Below are positions 50,087 to 63,543 of a stretch of DNA of 64,000 nt, in pieces. Origin of the DNA: Podarcis erhardii (Eukaryota); the NCBI GenBank assembly GCA_964252035.1, contig OZ176200.1; one strand, given 5' to 3'. The number at the start of each line of letters is the position of its first letter. Position 1 is the stretch's first letter. The position numbers were made by a program, and so were the translations under genes. The notes beneath the pieces are model-generated. The model did not search any database. It was not told the origin of the DNA and saw nothing but the letters and a program-made list of their open reading frames with translations.

Positions 50087-53000
50087 ATAAGGATAAGGAC
50101 ACACACTTGGAGAATTAGTCATCTACTAATATATAGGGTGTTTTCTGAGAATAGCTATTACTATGGTGCTCCTGCCATGAGAGGAGATGAATTTGCTCCA
50201 GCATCACCTGTCTTACCTGGAGGAGACTTGGAGTGGAATCTCCAAGGGTGAGCAGGGGAGGAAGTCATCTGGGACTAGGTGACCAATCATAGGGGAACGG
50301 CACCAATTTTAGGGCTGATTTTCCTCCTTCTCCACATCTGACAGCTATTGCTACTGTTTGTCAAAGTTTGGGGTGGAGGGAATCTGGTGATTGCCTACTT
50401 ATTCTGTGCTCTCTTATTTCTGCAGTGGAAAGCTTATGGTATGTGTCATACACTCAGTTCATTTCAAGCTTGTGCCTTTAGTTTCTTTAAAGGATCAAAT
50501 TACCAGCATTACCATACTTGAATAATCTTGACACCTCTATCCCAACTGATAAACACATTTCTATGAGAAGCATAGTGTCCGTCATGGATGAGCGCAACTA
50601 CATCAAGATACAATTTAGTTTGCTGAAATGGCATCGGCAGAAGCAGGAAAGATCTCACAGAAGCGATTGGAGTCTCCTGGCAGCTTTACAAACTACAACA
50701 CATCTGAGAAAATGTTCATAACAAAAATCGCCAGGGGGATGTCAGATTCCTCTCTAATGCCATGATAAATGTGCAGTTCACCCGAATAAGTATTAACTGT
50801 ATTATATTCATAGGAAAAAGAAAATTTGCCAAGTTGGATATAACAAGTTGACAGGATTCAGTACAATTCTTGCAAAATGATAAAGTACAAGAGGCTCAGA
50901 CTATAAACATGTTTTGCACATTTACATCTTCAGTCTCAAAATGTTACTTTTATATTTATCCATGTGGAATCCATTTCAATCAATGCTACAAGCAGGTTAG
51001 AACTAAGACTGACTGAAAATGGACTCCTAAAATTCTCCATGCTACTTGCTGGTGGTGAAATGGGATGGGGTTTTGCTGAATATTATCCAGGGGAGGGCTG
51101 AAATTTTGGGACAGTTGGGGAAGAGCTAAACAGGAAGGGATTCCCCCCAATATTTTTATCAGATTTTTTTTCTGAGGATTTTCAGCTTTCTTAATACTGA
51201 TTGAAATGCTGTTGTTAATTCATATTGGTGGTTTAAGAGAAGGGCTGGAAGATGTGCTCCTGTGGGGAAAAAAAAAACCCAGGCCTTCTTAAAATGTATT
51301 GCACTCTCTGGCTGATTTAACTCACAGATGACAACTAAAGATAAGTGTGTATAGAATAACAGCTGAAAAATACAAATAATGAGCTTAACCTTGATTATTT
51401 GAAATGTTTGAAAAACATTAGAATAATATTTATCTTAAGAGTGTTCTCTTTACTTAGTTTATCCAGAACTGGATGGACCAAATGTCAAATGAAAGCCTTG
51501 TGTGAAAGGAATTTGGATTTGATGGTGCAGTTTAGGACTGATTCTCACTTTGCATCTTGGAATCCAAATCTTTGTTCTGCTACAAATATACACATCGTGA
51601 AGTCAAGTATACACTGACTTCCTGATGTGACAGAATAACTACATGACTATTCCTTGAGGTTCTGCAGTCAACCATGAGGAAAAATAGCAGCTGGTGGAAG
51701 CACTAGTAAGTGAGCCTTGAGGTAAATCAAACCTAGCCCAAGATCTTTAAATGAAACCTAACAAGAAAAGGAAAAGCAGAGCATGATGGGAAACGTAGCT
51801 TGTGGTGAGCACTGACTAAACTAAAAAATAAAAAATAAAGCAATACTTAAGATGACACAAAGTCAGTTAAATTGAATCTTGGAAATGACAGGAAGAAATA
51901 TGAACAAATCTATGATTTTTCCTCCCTTCAGAGGCTCCTATTTTCCTCATGAAATTCAGAATTTAGTCTTTATTTGTGTTGCAGATACATTTTCACATAG
52001 CCTTCTATGAAACTACATTGCCGTATCAGTGAATATTGTTTTAATAGTGTCAGATAACTGAGGAACTAGATTTCCTACTGGGGATAAACTAGGGATAAAT
52101 TAAAAGTGTTGTATTTAGGTTTTCACTCACTCAGAATGAGTTCTCCCTATCTCACTCCCTATCTCCCAACCTGAAACCAGTCTAACATCTCAAATCAAAT
52201 CCTATCCCTCTTCTCAAATCCAGCCCTATCTAACTCCCTCAGAAAGCTGGTCATTTTATCCCACTCCCCAAAGTGCTGTCCTGTGGTTAGCTGACCCCGT
52301 AGCCAATCAGAGAGAGGCTCCAGCATTCTGGTGGAATTTCAAAGAAACTGCATCACAAGACTCTGGTCTGGCTCTACTATCCATCACAGAAGGCTATAGA
52401 GTACTGCAAATTCTGGATCTAGCAGATGTGTCTGACCCATTTTGCTTCAGCTTTCCCACATTCAAAATCTAAGTGACTAGGCAGCATTTAATATCTGAGA
52501 TTGTGTAATGCTTTCACTTTGTTTTTCCAGCATCTGAGAAATATTTGTCAGTTTTCGTTCTTTTTCCTCTCTCTCCAAGTCATACTCCAATAAAATAAGA
52601 AAATACAGATTGCATCATACCCTATTACTCACTGAAGTGCTGGTTTTTCAGTAAATATTATGGTGGAAAAACACATTCCAGAATTAGCACAGAAATGAAT
52701 TCGGTTGAAATTTCAGCCTCATTCTTGGTGGCAAAACAGTAACACAATATTCACTGATGTATGCCTTACACACTCAGATCTGTTGGCAAACTCATCCTCT
52801 GTAATAAATACAATGAAAGATACAGAAAAGTTCACACATTCACACACATCTAAAATGTTCTTCAACTGCCCAGGGATTAGTATTCCTTTGGAACACATTA
52901 AATTGTATCCAGCTCACTGTGAAAATGAATAAAATACAAAGAAATGTTCATTAAGCTTCTAATTGATTTTTTTATGTACTCTATGCTACTTTAGAAACAA

Positions 53001-53142
53001 AATGTAGTAAGGACAGGAAGTGTCAGGTTATGGACCCTCTGTGGTTTCTCCAGTGAGCTACCAAGCTGAGCTGGAACTAGTGGAAAGATAGCATAACTAA
53101 ACTGGAAACCTTTCATTGAGCAATAGGTAAGAGGCAAAAGTG

Positions 53143-53488
53143 ATGCGGGTGGCGCTGTGGGTGAAACCACAGAGCCTAGGACTTGCCGATCAGAAGGTCG
53201 GTGGTTCGAATCCCCGTGACAGGGTGAGCTCCCATTGCTCGGTCCCTGCTCCTGCCAACCTAGCAGTTTGAAAGCATGTCAAAGTGCAAGTAGATAAATA
53301 GGTACTGCTCTGGCGGGAAGGTAAACGGCATTTATGTGCGCTGCTCTGGTTCACCAGAAGCAGCTTAGTCATGCTGGCCACATGACCTGTACGCCGGCTC
53401 CCTCAGCCAATAAAGCAAGATGAGCACCACAACCCCAGAGTCGGACACGACTGGACCTAATGGTCAGGGGCCCCTTTACCTTTACCTT
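53143..53488 (-). mobile_element. Sauria/Squam1-type SINE
   Basis: Full body; 15-bp TSD TAAGAGGCAAAAGTG at 53128 and 53489. Confidence 0.9.
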
Positions 53489-55610
53489 TAAGAGGCAAAA
53501 GTGTTGGCTAGTGAGGATTTCTGAACAGGAGAGAGAGGAGAAACTGCAGATACCTAACTGGAGACAGGAAGCCTGAGTCATACTTGGGGAGCAACATTCC
53601 AGCTTCCACTTAATGACCAGAGCTGCCCTCCTGGAAGGAATATCTTTAGGTGACTACCATTTTGCACCATTGATGTAGCCCTCCCAGTAGCAATATTTTC
53701 TGATAAGCTCACAAAATAATAAAATATAGTATTAAAATACAATGAACATAAAAACAGACAAACTTGTAGTATAAGATTGTTAGCAAGCCAGTTTCATAGC
53801 AAAGCTAAAAATACAGAAAAGGCAAGCAGTGGGTTAAAATTAAGACCAGAGATTTGAGAAGGCATGGATGATTTTTAATTTTTTTTTAAGTCTTCACCTG
53901 GCACAGAAATGGCCTTAAATAATGTGTCAGGTCTCTGGGGAAGCTTTCCACGACTGGGGTGCCACTTTGAAAAGGCCCTTGCCTTAGTACTGGTTCTGTG
54001 ATTGTCTTTGTACTTGCTGTTATTGCCCTGGATATTTTATTGCTCATTTTTTACAAATGGGGGAAATACACAGTTTTAAAGGTCTGCAAATATAATTATA
54101 ACACAATATTATAGCAAAACTACAAAAGAATAGCTTGACATATCATTCACAAAACCACAAATTCATCTCTAACATTTCTGAATTAGACATTCTCAGCCAG
54201 ATACCTGACTCAACTTCCAACTTTTTTACGGCAGCTTCATGCTTTTGCAAACTCTCCATTAAATCAATTAATTCTACGAATTCCAACTGTCCCCAGGTTT
54301 AGTTTTAACAAATCCGTCTTACCTGACCTTTAATTGCTTTCTCATGTCTTAGCAAACAAAATCTGGTTAAATGTGTACAGGTTCTGTTCTTGTTTCTCCT
54401 TTGGGACATGCATCTGGGACATTTTAAACTGAAGAGCAATATAGTGTTTTAAATATTTATTAATAAATATCTGAACATATTGGTGGCAGTGACTGACTGT
54501 GGTTTTCTGGAAGCATTATTATAACGGAAATCATTCTTCAGATATCACTTGCAATATATGCAAAAATTAGCTGATTGTTGAATGCTTTCAATAATAAGAA
54601 ACAAGTGTTTAAAAATATGAGCTGGGAAAGCAAACTGAATTGCTCTCAGCAGTTTTTCAGGGCATCTCTGGTCCTTTCTTCCCTGTTTTATATTTCTGGC
54701 ATGGCATCTGCATTATCTTTCTTTCTTAGTAGTCCCAAGCAGACACAGATTGTTGTGCCAAAGTCCCAGAAGTATCAGATGTGATTGCTATCCAGTCTGA
54801 ACACCTTTTCATTGTATCAAGGTGTGATGCAAAGGGCATAATTCATGTATTAAGGATGGGTGCTAGCACAATACCACAAGGTAAATTGATATTGATTCAT
54901 CTTCTCTGAGCAAACATTTTTCTGACAGTGCAGAGCAAAGCTAGGGAGAGATGTGATTCTAAATACAAAGGCTAAAGTTGAACAGATTTGCATTTAAATT
55001 AAAAAGTGTTGGTGGTTGAAATCAATAATAATAATCAAGGAATTTAGTTTTCAAAACAGTATGACATTATGAAATTATTCAAATTCAAAACTGCTGCCCT
55101 TAAAGTACATGAAACGACCATAGAGAAGATGCATATTATCACGATTTTAAAAATACCACCAGCACCATCTCTCTCTATATATGCACACACAGTGCTTTCT
55201 TTGTGATGGTACTCACTAGCATGAAATACCATCATCTCTTTCCACTCATGGCAGCTAATTTGTGCCGGCACCCATAGCATTTTTTACTGGGTACCAGCAT
55301 CTCATTTTTACAAAAACAAGCAAACAAACAAACCTCAAAAAAAAAAAAACCCCAAACAAACCCAAAAACATATGCCTGCTTTAACTTGCCCAGGTTAAAG
55401 TTTTAGCCACCTATTCTAAGTTTGATTTTAGTTTGATAACTTCCGCTATGGCATCCCTAATTTGTGATAATGTCAAGGCCTGAGTGAAGTGGTTCGTCTT
55501 TAACACCAAATAAAAATGGACAAAAGATTATGAATGATGGACCTCCAGGAGCAGGGAGTTCCACAGAGATGGTGTCAATGCAGGACCCACCCAGCATCCT
55601 AAGATTTCCT

Positions 55611-56578
55611 CCTTCTTCTTCTTTTTTTATAAATTTTTTATTACATTTTCAATTTACAGAAAAAGAAAAAAAGAACAAACAAAAAAGAAGAAAAAGAAAA
55701 ACAATCCATCTTTCAAAATGCATTTTTACGTTACTAACTGGACTTCCCCACATCTCCCTCACCCTGCGTTCTTTACAATAAACATATCAGCAAATTATTA
55801 CCTTGTTTCGTATCTTTTTTATATCTTTCAAAATATTTTACTTCTAGATTTAAAGTACCTTTTGTCAATTATTTATACCTTAAAATAATACATAAAATAA
55901 CTTTAAATTTCAACTTTTTCTTACTTATAACTTAATCTTCTGTTTTCCCAATCTAATTTCAGGAGCTCAAATTTCCAAATCATGCAGATTCTTAACATTC
56001 ATACAACTTATAATGTTTTTGTAAATAGTCCTTAAATTTCTTCCAGTCCTCTTCCATTGTCTCTTCTCCCAAATCTCGGATTCTGCCAGTCATTTCAGCC
56101 AGTTCCATATAGTCCATCAACTGCGTCTGCCACTCTTCCAGCGTGGGAAGATCTTGTATCTTCCAAAATTTTGCAAGAAGTATTCTTGCTGCTGTAGTTG
56201 CATACATAAAAAATGTTCTATCCTTCTTTAACACCTTTTGGTCTACAATGCCCAGGAGGAAGGCCTCTGGTTTCTTAGGAAAGGTGTACCTAAACACCTT
56301 TTTTAACTCATTGTAGATCATTTCCCAGAAGGCCTTCACTTTTGGGCAAGTCCACCAAAGGTGAAAGAATGTCCCTTCAGCCTCCTTACATTTCCAACAT
56401 TTATTATCGGACCGATGATATATTTTTGCAAGTTTGACTGGGGTCATGTACCACCTATATATCATTTTCATAATATTTTCCTTCAGGGCATTACATGCCG
56501 TGAATTTCATTCCAGTGGTCCATAACCTTTCCCAGTCTTCAAACATAATGTTGTACCCAATATCCTGAGCCCATTTTA
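55611..56578 (-). mobile_element. L1-clade LINE 3' fragment
   Basis: 184-aa ORF 55992-56546 closely paralogous to the C-terminus of the 46623 ORF; TSD TAAGATTTCCT at 55600 and 56579. Confidence 0.9.
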
Positions 56579-57308
56579 TAAGATTTCCTTCTGATGATCT
56601 AAGTGGCTGGGCTGCACTGGCCCCCTTTTAAAATGCTAGGAGTAGACTGGAGTAAAGCCTCATGAAACAGTCCGCTCCTATTGCCCCACCCCCCAGCCAC
56701 CGTGGATTGGCTGAATTTGAATCTGGGTTTGGTAGGAAAGCTGAACCCACTCTGACGGCTGTGGGAGCATAGCAACAGCTCAAAGAAAATGGTGTGGCCC
56801 CAGGAAGAGGGGGAAGCTCCGTGTTGGGTCCACCATGGGAATAGGTGAGTGGCCATTTTGTGCTTTAAAAGTGAACGACACCTTAGATGGAGTTTGGAAT
56901 TGCATAGGCAGAAGTGGAGATGGAAGAAAATAATATAGTGGTTGGTATATAATTAGGCAGCACCAGCTGCAGCTTCCAAAACATCTTTCAAAAGACTTTA
57001 AAAGGCTATAAAGTAGAAATGAACCATATACATTGCCATGCCCTGTCTCCTGCAAGAATACTGTGATTAAATATCCTTGAATATATGATAGCTTGTATCT
57101 GTAGAGATAGTTGTTCTATTTAAACTTGATTGAAGCAAATGCTTGTGCAACAAAGTCTTGACTGTGCACACCATGCACTTTAAGTTTAGTGGGGGGAGTG
57201 TATCATCAGCTATGGATGGTCATTCATTAAGCAAGCACTTAAAAAACCCCCATGTATTTTCTCCAGGTTGTATGCACATACAAGACAGCAAAACAGTAGT
57301 GTGTATGC

Positions 57309-57656
57309 AGCGAGTGGCGCTGTGGGTTAAACCACAGAGCCTAGGACTTGCCGATCAGAAGGTCGGCGGTTCGAATCCCCGCGACGGGGTGAGCTCCTGT
57401 TGCTCAGTCCCTGCTCCTGCCCACCTAGCAGTTCAAAAGCACGTCAAAGTGCAAGTAGATAAATAGGAACTGCTCCAGCGGGAAGTAAATGGCATTTCTG
57501 TGCGCTGCTCTGGTTCGCCAGAAGCAGCTTAGCCATGCTGGCCACATGACCCGGAAGCTGTACGCCGGCTCCCTCGGCCAATAAAGCGAGATGAGCACCA
57601 CAACCCCAGAGTCGGACACGACTGGACCTAACAGTCAGGGGTCCCTTTACCTTTAT
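57309..57656 (-). mobile_element. Sauria/Squam1-type SINE
   Basis: Matches the 29411 and 53143 copies. Confidence 0.9.
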
Positions 57657-58234
57657 CTTACCCCCCCCCACACACACATAGACACATAGACACATAAATG
57701 TATATTGGACTTCCATCTCCTTCCTTGAATATATAGTTTCATTCATAGAGTAATCTGGGAAGTTATCAATGTACTGGAGGAGGAATGAAACAGTCTTAAA
57801 AAGAATGTCAGATCTTCTCAAACAAAGCCGGTCTGACACATTTAAGAAACACTCTCCGTAGTTCAGATGCCCCATTTCTACTCTTTACCACAGTAGATTG
57901 TTGAGACACAGCCCCACAGTGGGCCTTGAACCTGAGGTGACCAAGCAGAGATTTCTCTAATGCCAAGTACAATAGATTTTCCTTCTGCATCATATTCATA
58001 CTGTCCTGCTCATACAGCTATAACAGCCACAGTGGGTGGCAGCTAAGAGGACATTCCCCACATAATGCTTATAATTTTGGGTTTGTTTGTTTTTTTAACT
58101 CAAATTCTGGATCTGGACATTACCATTTTCATTTAATTCTCATCCTTTCCAGCTTTCCCCCTCTATGCTTTCAATTTGATGAGTTAATTTTGGAATAGGA
58201 TATGGTGCTAAAAACAAACAAGCCCTGCCAGTCT

Positions 58235-58386
58235 TCAGTTTAATATGGTATAATCATGTGTGGGGAACTTTTGGCCATCCTGATGTTGCTTCCTTCACCC
58301 CTGGCCATTGATCATGCTTGCTGGGACCAGTGGAATTTGTCATCCAGCAACTTCTGGAGGGCCAAAAAGGTCCCCCCCCCACCTGA
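58235..58386. mobile_element. Short palindromic MITE (hAT-like)
   Basis: tggggaactttggcc...ggccaaaaggtccc ends; related degenerate copies at ~5865-5960, ~6770-6855 and ~17205-17310. Confidence 0.5.
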
Positions 58387-60479
58387 TATAAAACTATAGA
58401 CATGTACTTTCTAATCCTCTATTTCTATTCTGGTTTAATATATTACAGGCTAAGTAGAGAGCTCGAACCCCCATCTGTTACATCATCCAACTTGCTGTGG
58501 GAACTGTGGATTGCCAGGAAGTAATCAACTTGCATTGTGTCCATTACTTGCTTCCAGTATTATAAGCCCAGGTGTGTTTCAATTAACTTATCATTGTACA
58601 GCAGGGCCATTTGGATCCCAACTTAGTGATGAAATCAATGGTTCTTAAAGTAGTTGTTAGGTACTTAAACTCTATGATTTCAGTGGAATCATACATGACT
58701 AAGGCTGCAATCCATATTCTACCTACCTGGGACTAAGCCCCACTGAATCCAAAAAGATTTCTGAATAGACATAGGGAGGATTGCTCTGTAAATCTGGATC
58801 CTGCTTATATTATTTTCTGAGTTAACTGCACACCAGAACTCAAACTGCAAATTTAGGCAGAACTGGCCAGTTTCACTCCTCCCCCTTTTAATTTTTCATA
58901 CACTATTGAGTTGACTTTACTGATTTTTTAAAAAGCCATTATATTTTATCGGTGATAAAGCAACAAAGGTTTTACAAAATGTGTTCCACATAATCATCTG
59001 GTTTAGCAACAGTAGCTACAAAAATTTAGACAAACCTGTGATGTAAAATGGAAAATGAAACTTGTGAAACATGCTCTCAAGTATTATATCAAATGCTTGA
59101 ACATGCTCTTAATTGGCAGAGCTTTAATGCCATTAGGAGTTATGCATATGCTTCAGCTACTTTTTATGCAGAGGAGAACAAATATCAATATCCATCTGTC
59201 AAGTAAGTGGAGCCCATATGGTACCACAAGAGCTTCATATAAGTCAGGTATGGCTTATATGAATCAACTTGCTGTTGCCAGCTATTGCATGATAAGCAGG
59301 TTGAGGGATTTGTTCACTCTGAAGTAGTTCCTTTATAGAATACCCAATACGACAAAACTTTACTTGAGTTTTGATCCAGATAATAAGCTTGACAAGTAAG
59401 ACCTTTTCTATATCTCAGAAGTAAGCAGACCCCTTGAATAGAAACAAGTGAATTCACTGAGGAATACTTTAATTGGATCAAATGACTGGATCAAGCCTAC
59501 TGAAATTTGCATGGAAATAACTCAGTGCTACAGTGCACTTATACATATCTACTCAGAAGTAAACCACATTGAGTTCAGTTGGGCAGAAACTTAAAAGTTT
59601 GCTTCTTACTCAGTTGGTCCAATATATGGTGGCATGCTACCTAGTTTGGATTGTTAATGACTTTCTGAGAGATCCTCAAACACAGGTTTTATGGGTCAGG
59701 ATAAATATGGATAAAGAAATTCAGAAACTTATTTCTGACTTATAGACTACCTCTCTAAAGAAGAAATTGGATAACTTGTTAAAGGGTCACAAACATTGAC
59801 AGGTGTGTGTGGATGTTCATACCAAGTTCCACAAATTTGAATTTGGGGGCATTTGAAATATAAGATTAATCTTCAAAAAGCAGTGTCCGAATGCATTAGT
59901 CTTATATACTTTAATCTATGACACTGGAATGAAATGGAATGAGTGTACCTCTGACTATTTAAACAATAATGTTCAAGGATGGAAGATGAAGAGCTCTTGC
60001 TGGATGAAAGTTATTAGAGGTAGCCTCATTCGACATAGCAAACAGTGGGTCAGATAGCAAATATCTGAAGATATTTGGGGTAGCTTTTGGCAGTACAGCC
60101 ATTTGTATACAACTTTTTAGATGCCACTTATACATGGCATTGGCCCTCTTTTACATTACACATATATGGAAGTTAAGCTTGGTCTTTAGTACCATGGATG
60201 CTCTCCCATAAATTTCAGAAGCCTGATTTTCCAGGATCCCAATATGTGAAGGGAACTACTACGAATGGAAAAGGTTCCAACTTCAGACAGTTGCCTTCTG
60301 TGTGTTGGAAAGCAACCAAAACAGGGACAGAGGGCACAGATGTATACTTGTTTCCACTTTCCACCATCACATGCTCACTTTCTCATGTGTATACTGCCTG
60401 ACTTTTCTAAGAACGTATAAAATATTCTACATTCAAAAATACCTGAGCAGTGTACACATATAGAATATAGCAAGGGAAA

Positions 60480-60650
60480 GATGGTTAAGTCCAGTCAAAG
60501 GTGACTATGGGGTACAGGACTCACCACACTTTTCAGGTCAAGGGAGCCAGCATTTGTCCACAGACAGCTTTCCATGTCATGTGGCCAGAATGACTAAACA
60601 GCTACTGGCGCATGGAGGACCAGAGTGCACAGAAACACTGTTTAGTTTAG
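60480..60650 (+). mobile_element. Old, diverged Sauria-type SINE fragment
   Basis: aagggagccagcatttgtccacagacagctttcc..gtcatgtggccagaatgactaa resembles the SINE body at 17770-17830. Confidence 0.55.
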
Positions 60651-62008
60651 TTTCGTGCCACTTGCACTGATATATAGAATATATATAGAATTATATTTAG
60701 AATATGAAACACAGTGCAAATAATAAAAACAGTGTTTAGAACACTGAGATTACAAAGCCACATGCAATAATTAAATGCTGCAGGGAGAGGGATGAGCTAG
60801 TTCAAGAAGGCTTGGGTGGGAGGGGAGAAAAGCTTTCAATAATGGATTGAAAACACAACAGTATGGGGGCTTGCTTCATTTCTAGAAGAGAATTCCGAAG
60901 AACTGGTGCAAGCAATGGTAAATTAATGTGCTCTATTGCAGGTCAGCAATATGGTTCAGAGGGGTTCAAGGCTCTTCAGGAAGACTGGCTCCAACCATGT
61001 GCTTTATATAAGCATCGTGTAGTAAATGTTTCCACATATTTTATTGTGTGTTCAGTGCAAGAGCCATCCAATGATCAAGGCTTTCAGGTCCATCATGGAA
61101 TCAAAATAATGCTCAACATGGTGGCACTCGGGGCCAGTTCTTTATTCTTTTCAACATGTGTTGAGGGGGGAGGATATGCATGGAAGTAAATGGAGAAATA
61201 CACTTAGTAAATGGTGACCTAGTGAAGACTCCTTCACTTCATGATTCTCTGTATGCGTATCCATCGGACTGCTGGGCTGGCAAACACACAGCATCATGTA
61301 ACTGGTCCTTAATTCTAACATTTGTTCCTTCTATTTAAAAAAAGGCTTTTTCTAAGCCATCATTATTTTCTTCTGCAGAGAGCAGATTTAGTCTTTCAGA
61401 ACCACATCTGCAGTCTTGGGGGCCAAAATGGCAAGGGCTATTAATTGTGCTGGAGGACATAAATTAATCATCTGCTGGAGTCTAGAAGAATTTTCCCTGT
61501 GTAGTATTTTCGTGTGTGGTTTGCAAGCTTCTTTAGGATTTTCCTCTTTGCTTTTCTCTGAAGCATATGGTGCAAGTCTCTGCCAAATGCAGGATTTTGC
61601 GTAACATGGAATCCACTTTAGGAAGGCAATTGCTATGTTGAAATAGGATGATGGGCATCGGGCAGCCCTTAATCCATTTCCATTGCAGAAACACAGAGGT
61701 AGCAGCAGATGCTGGCCATGGCTAAAATGAGATTCCATGACTTGCAAGTAGACAGGGTCACCCAACTCTGCCCCACTTATCAGGCAACTGTCCCAGGTAA
61801 TTAAAAAAGGTTTTGTGTTTTGTTTTTGTTTGTTTTTTTAAAATGCTTTCACAGTTATAATGCTGCAAGGAAAATCCAGCCCTCTCTTGACATTATATAT
61901 ATATGTGGAAGTTAACCTTGGCCTTTGGTATCATGGATGCTCTCCCAGTCATGTTTTTGCCAGCTGCCTGCATCTCTGTTAAATTGAACCTTTTAAGAGA
62001 CAGAAGTG

Positions 62009-62098
62009 CATAGCTGTCAACGTTTTCCCTTTTTTAAGGGGAATTCCCTTATTCCGAATAGGATTCCTTGCAAGAAAAGGGGAAAGTTGACAGCTATG
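62009..62098. mobile_element. 90-bp hAT MITE
   Basis: TIR CATAGCTGTCAAC / GTTGACAGCTATG; 8-bp TSD CAGAAGTG. Confidence 0.9.
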
Positions 62099-62385
62099 CA
62101 GAAGTGTAATCTAGACACATATAAAAAACACTGTGAAAATGCTTTTAAAAAACGTTTTTAAAAATGTATTGAATTTGCCATAAGCTCACAATAGCCATCT
62201 AGTGTCACAGTTGTATAATGCACTTAAATGTTATATTTGCAGCTGTATAGCTGAGTCCAGAGACTCCAAGTTACCAAGAGTCACCAAGGCAGGAATCAAG
62301 AGGTAAAGCTTTTCCCAGCATGATATTTCCATGCTGCACCTGCTGAACTTCTGCCTGTGATATCGCTGCCAGGCTCCCTCCCTCC

Positions 62386-62419
<34 letters not shown>

Positions 62420-63453
62420 GTCACTCACCACCCCTCTCCAAGCCTGCCTAAACTAATTGTCAAAAGCTGATCAGATTTGCTTGCTATGTCGTTAATAGTG
62501 CGAGTGCCATTTAGGGACAGCAATCCTCCCTCCTCTCACGTCTCAAGCCACAAGCGATTATTCCATCCAGCCAGTGCTACACACTGAGAGACCATTATTA
62601 AAAGCAATTAAATGGAGCCATGTGCGAGGTGTGCATGTCAAAGGGATAAACCCCTGTGCTTGAAACATGTTGCTATAGCTATAATAGGCATAACAAAGTA
62701 GAGGCTCACAAAATGCACTTAATAGGCACCTTTTTTCTATTTTAACTTTAAATGTAATCTCGACCCTCGCTGAAATCCGAAATGGCATCATTGCTGCATT
62801 GATATTTTTTTTAAAAAAAACACAAAACCAGATATACACACATGTATGAAATGTACATGTGTGATGCATGAACTAACAAAGAAAGAAATTCAGCAGGCTG
62901 GTTTAAGACACTTTTCATTGCTGACATGACCTCCAGCTCTTTTTCTCTCTCTCTAACCAGAGGGAAAGTTTCTGTTTTATTATAATGATCTATAGACTTT
63001 TCCCTCTGCCATTGCACTCAGGGGTTGTTTCATGTTCCCAATACTTCATTAATAAAGAGTTCTTCTGAGAGGGCTGCAAGCTTTAGTAAACATGTCCCTT
63101 TTGGGTAGTCTTCCCTGCCTGACTTTGCTGCAGTGGACTAGAATTGCAGAAGAATGAACTGTCAGCAGCCGCTGATTTATAAGAGTGATTTACCTTCTGG
63201 AGAGTGTAATTATGTTCATAGTTAAGAATTAATCAGGTGAGAGAATTATGGAATAATCACACTCCTGACTTTGGAAGGACAAAGTAAAGAGAGACCGTTT
63301 CAGCATCAGAGGGCCCACTCCCTAGACAGGTTGTGCCTTGTTCTTGAATGCATACAGGAGAACAGTTTTCTATAGGCTGATGACTCTCATCTTCATTTTA
63401 AAAGACAGAAAATGGTTGTGAAGGAGCAGGTGAAAAGGGACAGTTTGTAGAAG

Positions 63454-63543
63454 CATAGCTGTCAACATTTCCCTTTTGTTAAGGGAAAGTCCCTTATTCT
63501 GAATAGGATTCCTCGCAAGAAAAGGGAAAAGTTGAGAGCTCTG
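63454..63543. mobile_element. 90-bp hAT MITE (second copy)
   Basis: Same family as 62009; TSD TG(T/C)AGAAG. Confidence 0.85.
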
